A stretch of DNA of 63,929 nt, filler included, from Circinaria calcarea (GCA_051942165.1; 7 parts of 7 records of this genome joined end to end with filler, not necessarily neighbours in it); one strand, 5' to 3'. Counted from the whole stretch's first letter, positions 23,535 through 36,509 are shown. Numbers and translations are program-made. The notes: generated by a model not told the origin, from the sequence alone.

Positions 23535-26408
23535 ATGACACACGCCCATCCGTCACCCGATAAACCCGATTTGCCTGCGAGCCATTCGGTGCAGCCCTCT
23601 TGGCCATCAAATTCCACTGCCGTCATTGGCCCACCCTCCACTGCCGGCACGCCGATATCTCCACTGCAGCACGACCGTGTCAGCCAGCAGAATCGACGGC
23701 TTCAATTACGCAATGCGGGCTTTCGCGGTCCTATCCTGCCAGCCCGTCGAATGACTTCCTATTCCAGTGGGACGACCTCGATCTCGGACTTCCTGGGCCG
23801 TTCAGCAAACGATGAGAACTCGCCGAGAACGGCTGAGAAGCGAATGCTATACGGAGAAGACCTCCCACCGAGTCCAGTGAGCATTCTGCAAGAAATCAGC
23901 AACACGGCTCGCCGGAAACGAAACTCTCCGAGACCGAGTCTGAGTGGGATATTGGAAGACTCGACGGCGACAGAGGGCATCTCTAGAGCAATGGTAGACT
24001 CGGGGCTGGATGACCCAAGCTGTAACTTCTCACCCCAGCCGATTGCTGGAACGCCATTCAAGATGCATAAACTGCGGGAAGCGTCTTTGAACACAAAGAC
24101 AACTCCTCCACCACTCTACACGCCGTTGGCCAGACCAATCAAAAGCCGGCGGAAAGCCCGTGTCGCTTCACGATCAACAGGTTCGGAGGCAACTAAATAC
24201 ATTGAGCACCTTGAGTCGGAGCTTGCTTCCCTCCATACCAAACTAGATGAACTTACTTCGCCCACAGCGACCAGGGCTCAATCAGCCAAGTTTCGTGCTC
24301 TCACCAGACAAACACGGGAGCTACGTCAAGAGGTCGTAGAGTGGGAGACCAAATTCGACGAGCGAGTGACAGACGAAGTGTTCCACCGTACTGCCATTGA
24401 AGCAGAACTGAAGATAAGGATCAGGAGATTAGAAGACGAAGTGGAACTTAAGGATATCAAGATGAGGGAACTTGAATGGGAGCTTGATAGTGCGCTTGTC
24501 AAAGTCAAGGATACCGACTCCCTGAAGTCGACGAATCTTAATCTGGAACGCCGAGTCGATGTCCTGACCGAGCTGCTCGCACAGTCACCAACAAGGTTAG
24601 ACTTTCAATCCGCTCTATCTTCACCTGGCATCACTGGCAATTCCGGGTCAACCCAAAAGACTCCTCGGCCAAAGTCGATGATCTTACCGAGGATACCTTT
24701 TTCACCTGTAAATGGAAGACGTTCCTCAGCCCCTAGCTCAGAGGCTGCGTTTTGGTTCGCCCGAAATATGGCCTCAACTTCTAGCATTCCGGAGAGCCCA
24801 GAAGAAGAAACGTTATCTCCGTTAGAGGATGCAGGTAAAGAGCTAGGCCAGACGAGCATCATCACCGACCACACTATATCCCCCGCACATGGATCAAATG
24901 CTTCTGCTTCAACCAGGCCCTCACTTTCCTCACGACCAACTTCTCTCACTTCAAACTCCTCTATGGGCGCATCCTTGGGGCTACTGTTACCGGCGAACCA
25001 AAATGATGAATCTAAATCTATGAGTCGGCAACGGAGGATGCGTCGTTTTCCATCAGGTACTCACGCGCTCAAGCCGCTCGTCTTACCGACTGCAACGGTA
25101 GTACCATCGTTACCTGCTTCAGCGCCAATATATGGTACTAACCTGTCACCAATTCGGGGTATATCAAACACGTCTCTCGATCCGACCACGGCATTTATCT
25201 CCAAGGTTGAGTCTAGTTCCCCCTTTATTACACCAACTCAGCCCGTGCGTCGACGGTCGACCACCTGGGCGCAAAAGAACGCCTTTGATGCGTTAGAAGG
25301 CAAACCCACTTGGACGCCAGCTACAGACGGGACTGTCATTTCGAGGAGAGAGCTGGAAGCAACGCCGAGTCAAGTCACGGGGGCTAGAGGGGATAGGGAC
25401 GAGGAACCTAAAACAGCGAAGAATTCCGAAAAGCAACGGCGGAGTCTGCAATTTGAATTGGACCACATCAAAGAATCCTTGGCGACGGCAAGTGAGACTC
25501 CTTCACCTCCACATATTGCGGATCAATTGGATAGAATCGCACCAGTCAGTATGCATCGCCCCAAACTCCATCTCGACATCACCACTCCAGACAAATCACC
25601 AAACAGCTTGTTTCTCCACAACTCACCAAATCCCCATCGTTCGCTAGGAGAATTCGCCGTAACCCCAAACCAATTAACACCGAGCTTATCACGACGTCTA
25701 TCGCCACGGACCTCGAATGCTACCTCTACGTTGATTACAACCAATACCAACGGAGCACTTACTAAGGTAGCTGAGTTGATTTCTTCAGTGAGAGAAGATC
25801 CATTGGTGTTGGCAAGGAGAATACTAAGGAACGGGTGGATCTCTGGATCGTCGAAGATTGGGGGGTTGGGATGGTGGTTACTAGGTCTGGCTTTTGGTTC
25901 TAAACGGTGGAAGAGAAATGTGGCGGCTGACCGTCAAACAGAAGAGGAAGAAGCCATGCGGAGGCTCGACTGGCAGCAATTTTCCGCCGAAGCTGGTATG
26001 GTCGGGAGAGCTGGAGACTACCATCAAGCCAGTTTTGGGATTTCTGATCGAAGCCGTCAACAAGGGCAACGGCAAGCATGGCACGAATCAGACGGATCAC
26101 CGCAACCTTCCAAGGCTGTTTTGTCAATTGCTTCGGATTCACGTGGAGATGGTTATGGTACTTTTCCATCGCGATGTACTGACTGTATTGAACCTCCGTC
26201 CCGAAGAAGTTTTAGGCTCTGGTTCAGATTCTCCCTTGCTGTTGTCCTAGCAATCGGTCTCGCGATCAAAGACGGGCCAGGGGTCTTGATGGTGGAGGGC
26301 CCAGCACAGACACCACCTCCGTATGAGTTGGAATACCATACGAGAAGCGAATCCTATGTCCCGTCCGATAGCGACGATAATTCTGGAGCATCAGCTACGA
26401 GACGGTAG
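23535..26408 (+). CDS. Fungal hypothetical protein: coiled-coil region, S/P-rich linker and C-terminal hydrophobic (TM) segments
   Basis: Intronless ORF of about 957 aa. Heptad-like region from YIEHLESELASL to LERRVDVLTELL; hydrophobic segments LGWWLLGLAFG and WFRFSLAVVLAIGLAIKDGPG. Confidence 0.85.
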   Translation: MTHAHPSPDKPDLPASHSVQPSWPSNSTAVIGPPSTAGTPISPLQHDRVSQQNRRLQLRNAGFRGPILPARRMTSYSSGTTSISDFLGRSANDENSPRTAEKRMLYGEDLPPSPVSILQEISNTARRKRNSPRPSLSGILEDSTATEGISRAMVDSGLDDPSCNFSPQPIAGTPFKMHKLREASLNTKTTPPPLYTPLARPIKSRRKARVASRSTGSEATKYIEHLESELASLHTKLDELTSPTATRAQSAKFRALTRQTRELRQEVVEWETKFDERVTDEVFHRTAIEAELKIRIRRLEDEVELKDIKMRELEWELDSALVKVKDTDSLKSTNLNLERRVDVLTELLAQSPTRLDFQSALSSPGITGNSGSTQKTPRPKSMILPRIPFSPVNGRRSSAPSSEAAFWFARNMASTSSIPESPEEETLSPLEDAGKELGQTSIITDHTISPAHGSNASASTRPSLSSRPTSLTSNSSMGASLGLLLPANQNDESKSMSRQRRMRRFPSGTHALKPLVLPTATVVPSLPASAPIYGTNLSPIRGISNTSLDPTTAFISKVESSSPFITPTQPVRRRSTTWAQKNAFDALEGKPTWTPATDGTVISRRELEATPSQVTGARGDRDEEPKTAKNSEKQRRSLQFELDHIKESLATASETPSPPHIADQLDRIAPVSMHRPKLHLDITTPDKSPNSLFLHNSPNPHRSLGEFAVTPNQLTPSLSRRLSPRTSNATSTLITTNTNGALTKVAELISSVREDPLVLARRILRNGWISGSSKIGGLGWWLLGLAFGSKRWKRNVAADRQTEEEEAMRRLDWQQFSAEAGMVGRAGDYHQASFGISDRSRQQGQRQAWHESDGSPQPSKAVLSIASDSRGDGYGTFPSRCTDCIEPPSRRSFRLWFRFSLAVVLAIGLAIKDGPGVLMVEGPAQTPPPYELEYHTRSESYVPSDSDDNSGASATRR

Positions 26409-27364
26409 AAACTTTTTCGACCATGAAGACGTGGCCTGTTTCGATCCTTGCACAACTGAATGGTACACCGACGGACTTGACGATTGAGGAATGGGGTGGG
26501 GCGGGAACTTGCTTTTCTTTTGCTGATAGACTTGGAACGGGAGGATGATTTTCCCTTGAGACTTGTGCATTGATACCCATGGCTGTGTTGAGGAGTCATT
26601 AGCCAGGAGTCTTTTTGGGGTGGCGCTTCCTTGGTATTCTTATGATATGGGAGGTTATGGGAGACTACAGTCACCAATTCGAGAAAAGAAAAGGGGTCAT
26701 ATGCCTAGGTGAGACTCCAGGCGGAGCATTAGCTGGGCTGTTTCATAAGAGAGATTGGAGGCAGAAGCCGGGGAACGGCCAAAAGCCCCTCTCTCTCGTT
26801 CTTTCATTTCGCCTATGCGGTTATGCATTCGACTCACGGACCCCTGTATGCGTGTATGTAGAAGCTTTTATGTATAGATGTGTATGTATGAAAATTCCAA
26901 AAAAAAAATCAAATCTGGAAGAGACAGGGAAAAAGTCCGATTGAGTCCAGTCTTTCTTGGTGCGAAAACAAATGAGGGAAGGAAGGGAATGAATGGGAAA
27001 GTAGAGTGAAAGGGAAGGAGTGGGGTTGGGAGAGAAAGTGCCCTTTTCCCCTCCCCCTTTTATCCTTCTCATGGTCGTTCGTTAGTTCTATCTAGCCCCT
27101 CTGCTGTTTTTTGTTTTTTCTTTTTTTTCTCGTTCTTTTTTGAGGGGTGAGGGTGGGCGGTTGGAGGTTGGCGGAGGGAGGCTGGCAAGGTCCTTTGCTT
27201 TTCAAGTTTCTCAACCAACTCTACGTACTAATGACTCAACAGATGGATTAAATAACCTATTCAATTTTCCCCTTGCGCTTTTATTTTTCCTCTTGCCCTT
27301 GCTCTTCTGGCACTCATTTTTCTTTGGGGGGGAGGTGGGTGGAGGGTGAAGGGTGGGTTTGTGT

Positions 27365-27464
27365 NNNNNNNNNNNNNNNNNNNNNNNNNNNNNNNNNNNN
27401 NNNNNNNNTTAATTAATTAANNNNNNNNNNNNNNNNNNNNNNNNNNNNNNNNNNNNNNNNNNNN
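27365..27464. other. Artificial contig linker
   Basis: N44-TTAATTAATTAA-N44. Confidence 0.99.
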
Positions 27465-27519
27465 CTTAAGCTCCGGGGGGGGGTCGGCCGGTAAATTACC
27501 GATCCGAAGATTACCCGAA

Positions 27520-28150
27520 GAAATAATTTTCTATATTATAGAAATAATTATGTAGCGGGCGCACGCCAAAATTTATTAATTTATTCTATATATAAATATA
27601 CTGTAATTGCAGGCCAATTCGTTCGTATATTATTTTTATTTTTATATATATTAATGCGCTTTGAAATTTGTAGTAGATATATATAATATAATTCTATTCC
27701 TTTATGCACTGATTAATTAATATTATAAATAAGAATGCTTTTTTCCTAGTTTAACTCGATCGTATCGAATTGCGACTCACCCGTTTTCCTTCTTACACGC
27801 CGCTGTTCCTCTTTCGTGTAAGGATTCTTTACGAATAATATAATGATCTTACGATAAGGGTCGGTAAACTGTGTGATAATGAGCTCAATGGGTTCGCGTA
27901 AGCGTATGAATTATTGCTAAAGAATTCTGGTGTAACGCTTCGCGAAGAAAATCTTTCTCGCTAAGTCAACACCTCGTGACCTCGGTGTATAATTCACCCG
28001 TAGGGTTCGTAGGGGTTCTCGGGTAGAGCCCTTACATTCCGCGTCAGATCAGATCACCCAGTGATTATGATTTAATTCTCAACGGCTCTTTACTAATCTT
28101 ACTAGACTCTCTTTATATTAAACGTATTATGTATAGTAATCTATAGACTG
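27520..28150. repeat. AT-rich, TpA-rich tract; probably a RIP-degraded repeat or transposon relic
   Basis: Abrupt AT enrichment with many TATA/TAAT words and visibly few CpA/TpG, no ORFs, at a contig end. Confidence 0.5.
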
Positions 28151-28361
28151 TGTCCCCTAACCCTTGCGGAGATCGCCCCAAAGAAAAACCGAACCCTGAA
28201 AATGCGCTATTCATTTTATTACCAGCTATATTTAGTCGGACATTAGAATCCCGAATCGTGATGGTAACAGGCCCTGAATTCGACTACTTTAAGATTGAGG
28301 GTATTGGTATTGATTTCCGCTTAGCAAAAAAATCCAGCCAAGACCCTGGTGTTTTCTCTGC

Positions 28362-30721
28362 TCAGCCCGCTTTATCTGGGAGCTCGTCGCTCAGGTTACC
28401 TTCGTCAAAATCTACTTCGGCATACCCTTCATCCTCGACGTCATAGCGGTCACACATCGATTGTTCATGGAAGGAGTTCTCCACAGACCGCAGAGGGCGT
28501 CTCATCCGCATCACAACCTGCCTCTCTGTCAATTCCTGGCTGTCATCGCCAGAGTCATGTGGTAGATTGAGATGATCCTCGGGTGATATCCCCTCCTTAA
28601 CGTATCTGCTGCGCAGTGGGCTGGTGATTAGGAGCTTGAATACCGGATTAAAATTGTCATCTTCGGTTATCTCTCGGAGCTTAGACATTAGGAAGCAAGT
28701 CTCCTGCCACCGCTCCGGAGTTTCGAATAAAGAAATGCCATCGATAACGCAGAATAAGACAGTGTCTATGGGGAGCTGGTTGGCTAGCTGTCGGAAAAGC
28801 TCGCATAGGTGCTCAAGATCATGATTTCGAAGATGATCTCGATATCTGCGAGCGTTGATGAAGCTAAGATCGAAGTCTCTCAGGGTAAGAAGCTGAGCGA
28901 TGAGGCTTCTTATGAGTCCCGATGTACCGCCTAGGGCGTCATCGTAGGTTGTATGAAGGCCGCAGAAGAAATGGATGCAGATGGCAGGCCGTACTTCCGC
29001 AAGGCTTTGAACTAGCAACGCACACAATAGCGACATAGAAGTTATACGTTCTGAGGCATATGTACTTGCGTTTCCGTTCACAAGGATTGCCTGGGCTTTG
29101 TCGGAAACGAGCCAGGTCTGAAATTTTGGGTGCTGCATCAGCCAGTGAGCTTGACCTTGAGACGATGGATCGATGACTTGACTTTGTTTAATCGTGTTTA
29201 GGATGTCTATCCGGGGGACTGCAGGGTCCGCTGCGATGAGGATAAACAAGTCGGCTTGAGTGAGAAAAGGCACCGAGGGGTTGACGGCTCGCTCGCGCTC
29301 AAGTATCCGGATCTTACTCCTTGCTTGTTGCAGTTCTGTCTCCCTTCTCTTCTCTCTCCCTTAGCTTAGTTAGTATAAGAATGATTAGGAAGAGAAGCGG
29401 CTACCTACATTCTGCCATTCTTAGCTGCTCCTGTAGAAACCTAAAAATGCCATTCTGGGAATCAATTCCTGACTGCATTTTGTTGGAGTGATCTTCCATA
29501 AGGGCTGCCTGTTTACCTTGCAAGGTTTCCAAGGTGATTATGCCATCCACTAGATTGGACATCTGCAGGTTGGTACTTTCTGCGGTGAGACTCATGCTGT
29601 TCATGCCGCTTTGTATGTGCTTTACAGAGGTGCATGTCATACTTGTGTTGGTTGCGAGGTCCTTGATTGTCAGGTTAATTTTATCTACCTTAGGCTCGAG
29701 TCTTTCCGTCGCAGCATCTACCCTGATTATCGCGTCGTCTCGCAGGCTGTCAACCCGATCCTGCAGATACCTCCGCTGCTCTTCTACGTCCTTGATCTTC
29801 TCATCTAGTGATTTGTCATATAAGGGGCCGAGTAGTACGCCTTTAATCCGATTCCCTATAAACAATTAGTGTCAATGAAAGGGGACTGGGTAGCTTGGGT
29901 TTGCCAACAAACGGCTTTATCGACCAGCCATTGCATCATCCCTTCTATTGCTCTTAGAATTGCAAGGTATAACTCTGTACTTATTTCCTTTAGCACCGCA
30001 TCAGATGGAAATTTCTCTCGGCAGGACTCTACGGTCTGAACGGTTTTCGGAATTGATCCAAAGGCATCTAGAATCTGTTGTCTTCTCTCACTATTCCGTG
30101 CTGCCGCCTACTACCTCGTTAGTTTCAAGTAAGATTTCGTGATATCAAATTACCATCTAAAAACATACCCCAAAGATCAACTTCAAACCTCCACATAATA
30201 TCGACGTATACTCCCCGTTAGGCAAGAGTCCCAGCCAGGGATTGACTCCGGGAGCGATATCCCCCATATTCCTACCAATCTTCCGACCTATTCCTCTGAA
30301 CCCTTTTGCATCGTCGTGGTACTTTCTATCCGCATCTTTGGCTCTGCGGATAACTTCATCCCATGTATGTGTGTCTCGGATATTGAAACTACCCAGTGTC
30401 TTGTCTTTAGAGCTCCTCTGGTATATATTCATGACCTCACAGAAATGATCCGTATGAGATTGTAAGCTATCATCACTGTAGATTGTCAAATCTTCTTCAG
30501 GATTGAGCTTTCGTTTCGAAACGCATTTCGACCAAAAATACCAAGTACTAGAAGGACACCCACTTCTTACTTTTCCTAGACGTGAATTCGGCACGCTGTT
30601 CATTATATTGAGATGGTGTCGCAAACCCAGGATGTACTTGCCCCGACTCCTGAATGACCCAAGTCTTCGCTGCTTGGAGGCCACTGTCTGGGGAAACATG
30701 TGCTGTTTTGGAAGTGATCAT
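28362..30721 (-). CDS. NACHT-N-terminal (NPHP3_N-like) protein with N-terminal helical/coiled-coil region and a degenerate P-loop; 5 exons
   Basis: Spliced reading MITSK..AAKTWV..VHPGF / ..THTWDEV..PWLGLLPNGEYTSILCGGLKLIFG / AAARNSERRQQILDAF..LYLAILRAIEGMMQWL / coiled coil / QAHWLMQHPKFQTWL..AILVNGN..IHFFCGLH..LIRSLIAQLL..LFCVIDGISLFE..FKLLITSP. No C-terminal repeat domain. Confidence 0.8.
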
Positions 30722-31755
30722 CCTGTTCGTCGCTTCGCCACTGGAATGCGGGAACGTCCATCGAACAGGAGCTTAATGACACTATATAGATAATAGATAA
30801 GCGACTGTGGACAGGAGCATTATTATATTCTAGTTCAAACTCATGGATTTAGAATCAAATACGTGCTGTAGTCTCGAATACTGGAGGGCACAGCCCAGGC
30901 AGCTTTGGATAAGGATCTCAGCGAATGTACCACAGTATTGGCATAATAGAGCTAAGGTACCATCCCCGGCTTGCGTGCATTGTTTGGGGCGGGGTGTCTT
31001 GGGGGGGAGGTTCAAGATGCTCTGGAGGTCATCGTCAAGCCTTTGCAGGCGCCAAGTCATTCTGTACTACACACCATACTCCGTACCACCAAAATCTCTC
31101 TACCGACGCGCATCGATCTTGACGATGATTTGTAGGAGTCGGCGATGTGTTCGGTTTACCGGCATCTGCGCCACGAGTGCGGTTATTTTGCCATTGGTTA
31201 TTACAAATCAAATCACTCACCGAAAGGCCAGCCTAATGCACAGTACATTCGAAGCTGCTAATATGGAGTAAACGACACTGCCCTAGACACTTCACCACAC
31301 CTTCCTGAATTCTGCAACTGGCTTATGTGGCAAAGCAGCTTGTGGCCCACCAATTCCCTCGGGCCAATTATGGAAATATTGATTAGGTTGCTGCATCAGG
31401 CTTCAGCCGGTCTGAAAATAGCCTCATCCTGGCATGGCGCCTCTAAACTGCATTGCCTATCTGTAGATCTCACGCATGAATGGGCCCCAATTCTTTGCTA
31501 GCCTTGGCTTCATAACAAAGAGCAAGCCTCGTCGACTCCACAACGCACAGTTTCTGAGCATATAACCAATATCGCGGAGAATTTCAAAGTTGTTGTTTTT
31601 ACTCCATGAATTCTCTAATCCCTTCCGGGATATCTCTTATTAGACCCTGGTTTCATAGCGATACAAAGGGTTGTTAAACATAGTTGCCAAGTCAATCCTT
31701 TTCTGTTCACCTCTAAAGAATAAAACGGTTCTGGTGATCACTATCTCGTCCAGAG

Positions 31756-34700
31756 ATGACGGAAACCGTCAGTGCCATGGAGCTGTAAGTTCCCTGTCTC
31801 GGAATGCTTCTGGACGATTCTAATTTATACAGTTCCCCAGAGCAATCATCGCCCGTTGAAAAGAGCTTCGTTGCTGTATCCGCTTCGGATCAAACACCTT
31901 CGCAGTATGCTCTCACCTCCAAGGACCAATCTAGATCACCTATACACGAAGTTTCAGAATCTGCGATTTCGCAACCCAAGGACTTTCCTACAGAGGTCTC
32001 TCGGAATGATGGGATGCCACCCAAGACATCATCATTAGAAGTTCCTACACAACCAACAGAGGGTGCAACCGGATCGATTGAAGCGCAATTAAATAACGCT
32101 CCACCGATAAAGCAGAAGGATCAGGAAAGCTCTGATAAGCCTGTCGTTGAAGATGGCGGTATCTCCGGTGATGCCAAGGAGGTTCAGGAAACGAATGATG
32201 TTGTCGAGCAAGCAAAGGAAGGACCCGAACGATTCAAACAACATGTCAAGTACATTGAGCTCATGGAAGAACGCGTAGCTTCCCTGGAGAAGAAGATAGA
32301 GAAGATAGAAGGGGTGGATGCCGCGAAGACTTCATCAGAGGCACCCTTGGAAAGGTTCCCTGCGATACCAAGGTTGCGACGGGTAAACTGGCATAACTTC
32401 AAGAACGACGTTGACGAGCCAGAGCGGGTCTTTGCCATTGATGTCCTAGTAGAAGCTCCTAAGTACTATTATGAGCGTACAAAGGAAGAAAGGAAAAAGA
32501 AGGAACCATTGAGCGATGGTGAGATCCAGACCGAATACATGAAACTAACGGGTATGCCTTTTAAAGATGCTACCGAAGCTCCAAAGGAAATCCCTGAACG
32601 TATTCGGATCAATTCTGATCCAATAATATCAGTCTTGTCGGAGCTTCTCTCCGAAAATTTGGAACTAATTCCAATAGTGGTGTTACGCCCATATAAAATC
32701 TTTGTTTATTACGAAAACGAGATTAGAGATACTCTGCGCAAGCTGGAGGCAAAGTGGGCCGATGCTGATAATATTCCCCCATCTGATAATAAAACAAATG
32801 ACAACACTAAATCTCCCAGAAAGATCAATCCGAATCCATCACATGCAGAATTAATCGACAGCGTGGAAGCACTAGAAGACCTACGCTGCTTGGTACAGTT
32901 CATCGACTTAGAGCTCAGGCCCGTTGTGGACAGTTACAAGGGTGCCTCTCGCCAGAAGGTTCGATTTTGGGAGCTCTGGTATCTGTTCATGCCTGGGAAA
33001 GAGGTGTTTGCGCCACTCGGCAGTCAAGATCTAGGTCCACGAGATCCGGAGGTTAATGCCTTAGTCGATAATGAACAGCCTATGCCAAAGAAGAGCCTGG
33101 AGAGATACCAAACTGTCTGGCGAGTGGTGAACACGACGGGTGGGCGCGCAAATCTTAGCCCCGATGTCAAAGGCGACGATGTTATTAGTCCAAGAAAAGT
33201 CCAGGCGAATCCTTTCTTTCTGTTGTGCTACTATGTTGATTTTAATGGCGAAAGGTTCCAGCCAGTGACTTACATATTCAGCATCAAGCCTTTTGAAGGA
33301 GAGAAGGACATAACTTCTCTGGAAATTTATCCATTACTATACGCAGAGAACGCCACTGAGATCAGAGACCAACTGAGAGATAGAGGAGAACGATTTCGAG
33401 AGTTTACGACCTTCAAACATAAATATTATACAGGACCGACTTATATCCATCATCCTTGTGGGCGTCCTTTCCAGAGTGACGACTTGGGCCGTCCTGAGAA
33501 TGTTGATAGTCAGGTTATTGTTGACTTTAGTGAGACACTTCATGCTCACCCGGATTGGTTCCTATGGTATACAAGCCGTGATGCATTGACAATGAACCCG
33601 AGAGAGTGTGATGATGCTTATCCTGTGTCAGTCTGGAAGGACAGGGACCAAAAGGAGCTCGATTACTTGGAGGACGAAGTTCTCCTGAACGACGTAAAAG
33701 CTGATGGACTATTCATGGGCGATTTTATAGCTAGTGATTTATTTCTCGGCCCTGGTGGTGCTGGTAGGCTGCATGAAAATGATCTGGTCCTTCTTCCCTC
33801 TCGAGTTTTTGCATTCGTGCTCAAAACTCGTAAATTCGGTTAGTCAGAAAAACTCGCAAGACTCGTCAGCATCCGAACATCCTTATACTAACATCTCTCA
33901 GCCCTCTTGGATATCGAGAAATTACGACCGGTGAAAAACCAGAAAGAAGGCTTTAACAATCTAAAGCTTCCCCCTGGCCATAAAAGAATGGTACAGGCGC
34001 TGGTGAAGTCTCACTTCAACGAAAAGGGCTCAAAGTCGGCCGATATACAAGAAGACTTTGATTTTGATTTAGTACGTGGCAAAGGTAGATAACATTAACT
34101 GCTCTCCAGGGTTGTTGAATCATTCCAGTTAACCTATCTCTAGGAAAGGGTCTTATCGTACTTCTCCATGGTGCTCCGGGTGTGGGCAAAACATCGACAG
34201 CGGGTAATATTTGTAGGAGGCCTTCAAGGTACATTCGTGATTGCTAATAATAGCATAGAATGTGTTGCCGAATCGAATGGCAAACCTCTTTTCCCCATTA
34301 CCTGCGGTAAGTTAAGAGAATCTTGTGGAGAATTGTACTCGCTAACGTTATAGGGGACCTCGGATTAACTGCAGGAGAGATCGAGAAAGAGCTGGCTGAA
34401 AAGTTTCATTTGGCGCAGCAATGGGACTGTGTGCTTCTACTCGATGAAGCTGATGTCTTCTTGGCTCGAAGGAACAAAACTGATATTCAGCGCAATTCCC
34501 TCGTTTCTGTGTTTCTTCGGGTGCTCGAATACTATACGGGTATTCTATTCCTAACCACCAATAGGGTTGGTGCGTTCGACGAAGCCTTCAAATCACGGAT
34601 TCATATTAGTCTATACTATCCACCTCTCTTTGAAGCTCAGACGCAGGAGATTTGGAAGATGAACATAGATCGGACCATGAAGAGAAAGAAGAAAGGCCTT

Positions 34701-35426
34701 GACATTAACCGAGATGGGCTACTAAGATTCGCTGCAGATCATTACAGAGAAAGCTCCCGCAAAGAGGCCAGTTGGAATGGAAGACAGATTCGAAACGCCT
34801 TCCAGACAGCAGTTGCTCTGGCAGAGTACGAAGCCCAAGACCAAAGACGCAAGACAGACCCAGCAAACGCCGATCCTATGCCAGTCAGACTCGGGAAAGA
34901 GCATTTCGAGACAGTCGCTGCAGCTTCAATGGAGTTCGACTTGTACATGAAAGGCGCAACAGGCTTCGATGACGCGGAACGGTCTTACATGTCTGGTGAT
35001 AGGGCTGACCATCACAAGACCTCATATAATTATAGAGAGAGAGGAATAGTGACTCGGCCAGGAACTTCACCATTTGGACAGGAGCAGTATCAGCAAAGCT
35101 CTCATACTGCTGTTAGAGCAATGCCATATCGACAAGGTCTCCACGATTCCCCCAGTAGCACCGCCCATCATCAAGCTCCGCATCAGTTCCCGTACTCACA
35201 GCCAAACACTCCCAACAACAAAGCAACGCAGCCCCAGCAAGGCCAATATGCGACCCAAGAGCCTTCCTACCCACTTTTCCAGCAATCAAACCCCAGATCG
35301 CCCTTGCACCAGCAGTCCTATCAAATGGGTCCCGGGAGCAATATGTATTCTGCAGATACACCTACCGAGGAAATGTTATTTTCAGCGAACAAAACTGGCA
35401 ACGAATATGAAGATGAAGACTACTAG
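31756..35426 (+). CDS. Fungal AAA+ ATPase with a long N-terminal domain (DUF7025-like) and Q/P/Y-rich C-tail; 6 exons
   Basis: Walker A LHGAPGVGKTSTAE, Walker B LLLDEADVFL, LEYYTGILFLTTNRVGAFDEAFKSRIH and WNGRQIRNAFQTA. N-terminal PERIRINS and LWYLFMPG..CYYVDFNG..I.PFEGEKDITSLEIYPL. ATG at 31756 with first intron 31785-31832. Confidence 0.92.
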
Positions 35427-36509
35427 CGAGGAGCTTGTTATACCGTGGATGGCCTAACCCGGGAGATATATAACCTCGATAGGAGTCCGCACTGGTTCGT
35501 GGCTTATTGGGTAAGGAGTAGAGAATACCAGAGCCAGAGGACCGTGACGCTAATACTACCCTTTTTATGTGCTAAGACTTCACCCACCGTTTTCAGTTGG
35601 TTAGCTTTTATGTCCAACAGTCTTTACCACTTTGTCTGGGCACCATTCGATAAGAAGGTCCAGAATACACATGTAGTTATATACATGTTTAATTCTATCA
35701 TAACAATCGTCGAAGTACTATAACGATCAGCAGAGAGCTGATCCTTTAACGTGAAGGGACAGTTACTGATAATCATGAATCCCTACCCTGGATGTAGGAT
35801 GAGTAACGATGTTACACAGCATCTCAGACTCGCGTATAATAGGTATATTTATTGCTGATCTATAATCCTTTTCCAATCCTGTGTCTTATTATCTCTCTGT
35901 TTGGTTGCTCGAACAGCATCTTATTTAGCATATCCCCTACTCCACTAGTTTTGCAGCATGGTGCTTATACGAGCATCCCCCATCTAGCCTCTCAGATGTT
36001 GAGCATGCAGTAACGTATGGTAGCATTCATGCTATATGAGTATATAACTATCTAAGCTATCTACGCAGCGAAAAGTGCTTTTATGGGGTGTGTAGGAAGT
36101 GTTGAGCATGGACCTCCTATGCAACACATGCTTCGGTAAGCCCTATGACTTCCAACAGGGAAGGGAGAAGAAATGAAATGGCGAGAGAGGGGCGGCAATG
36201 TAAGGGCCGTTTGGAGGAGTTGAAGGTGGAGTGGAAAGAGAAAGAGGGAGAGGGTAGGACGAAGGGGAAGGGGAAGGGAAAGGGAAGAGGGAAAAAATCG
36301 TGAGGTATTTAAAGCTGGCCAAGGACGGGATGTGATTTATAAAACATATAAATCCGTAATCTATCCAGCGTCCCTGCAGCCAAAATCTTTTCCTATGTTT
36401 CTTTTCTCGCTATGATCTCTCCAACCTTCTTCACGACAGGGATAGGCAGGGATCGCGGCAGGGAGTTTTTGCGATTTGCGTTTAAGTGTCTGAAAGGGGG
36501 GAATGGGGG

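Noticed and set aside
30830..31271. Small ORFs in the divergent promoter as a third component of the NACHT/AAA pair
   Set aside because: No recognisable motif, amyloid signature or consistent splice path; cannot be supported without RNA data.
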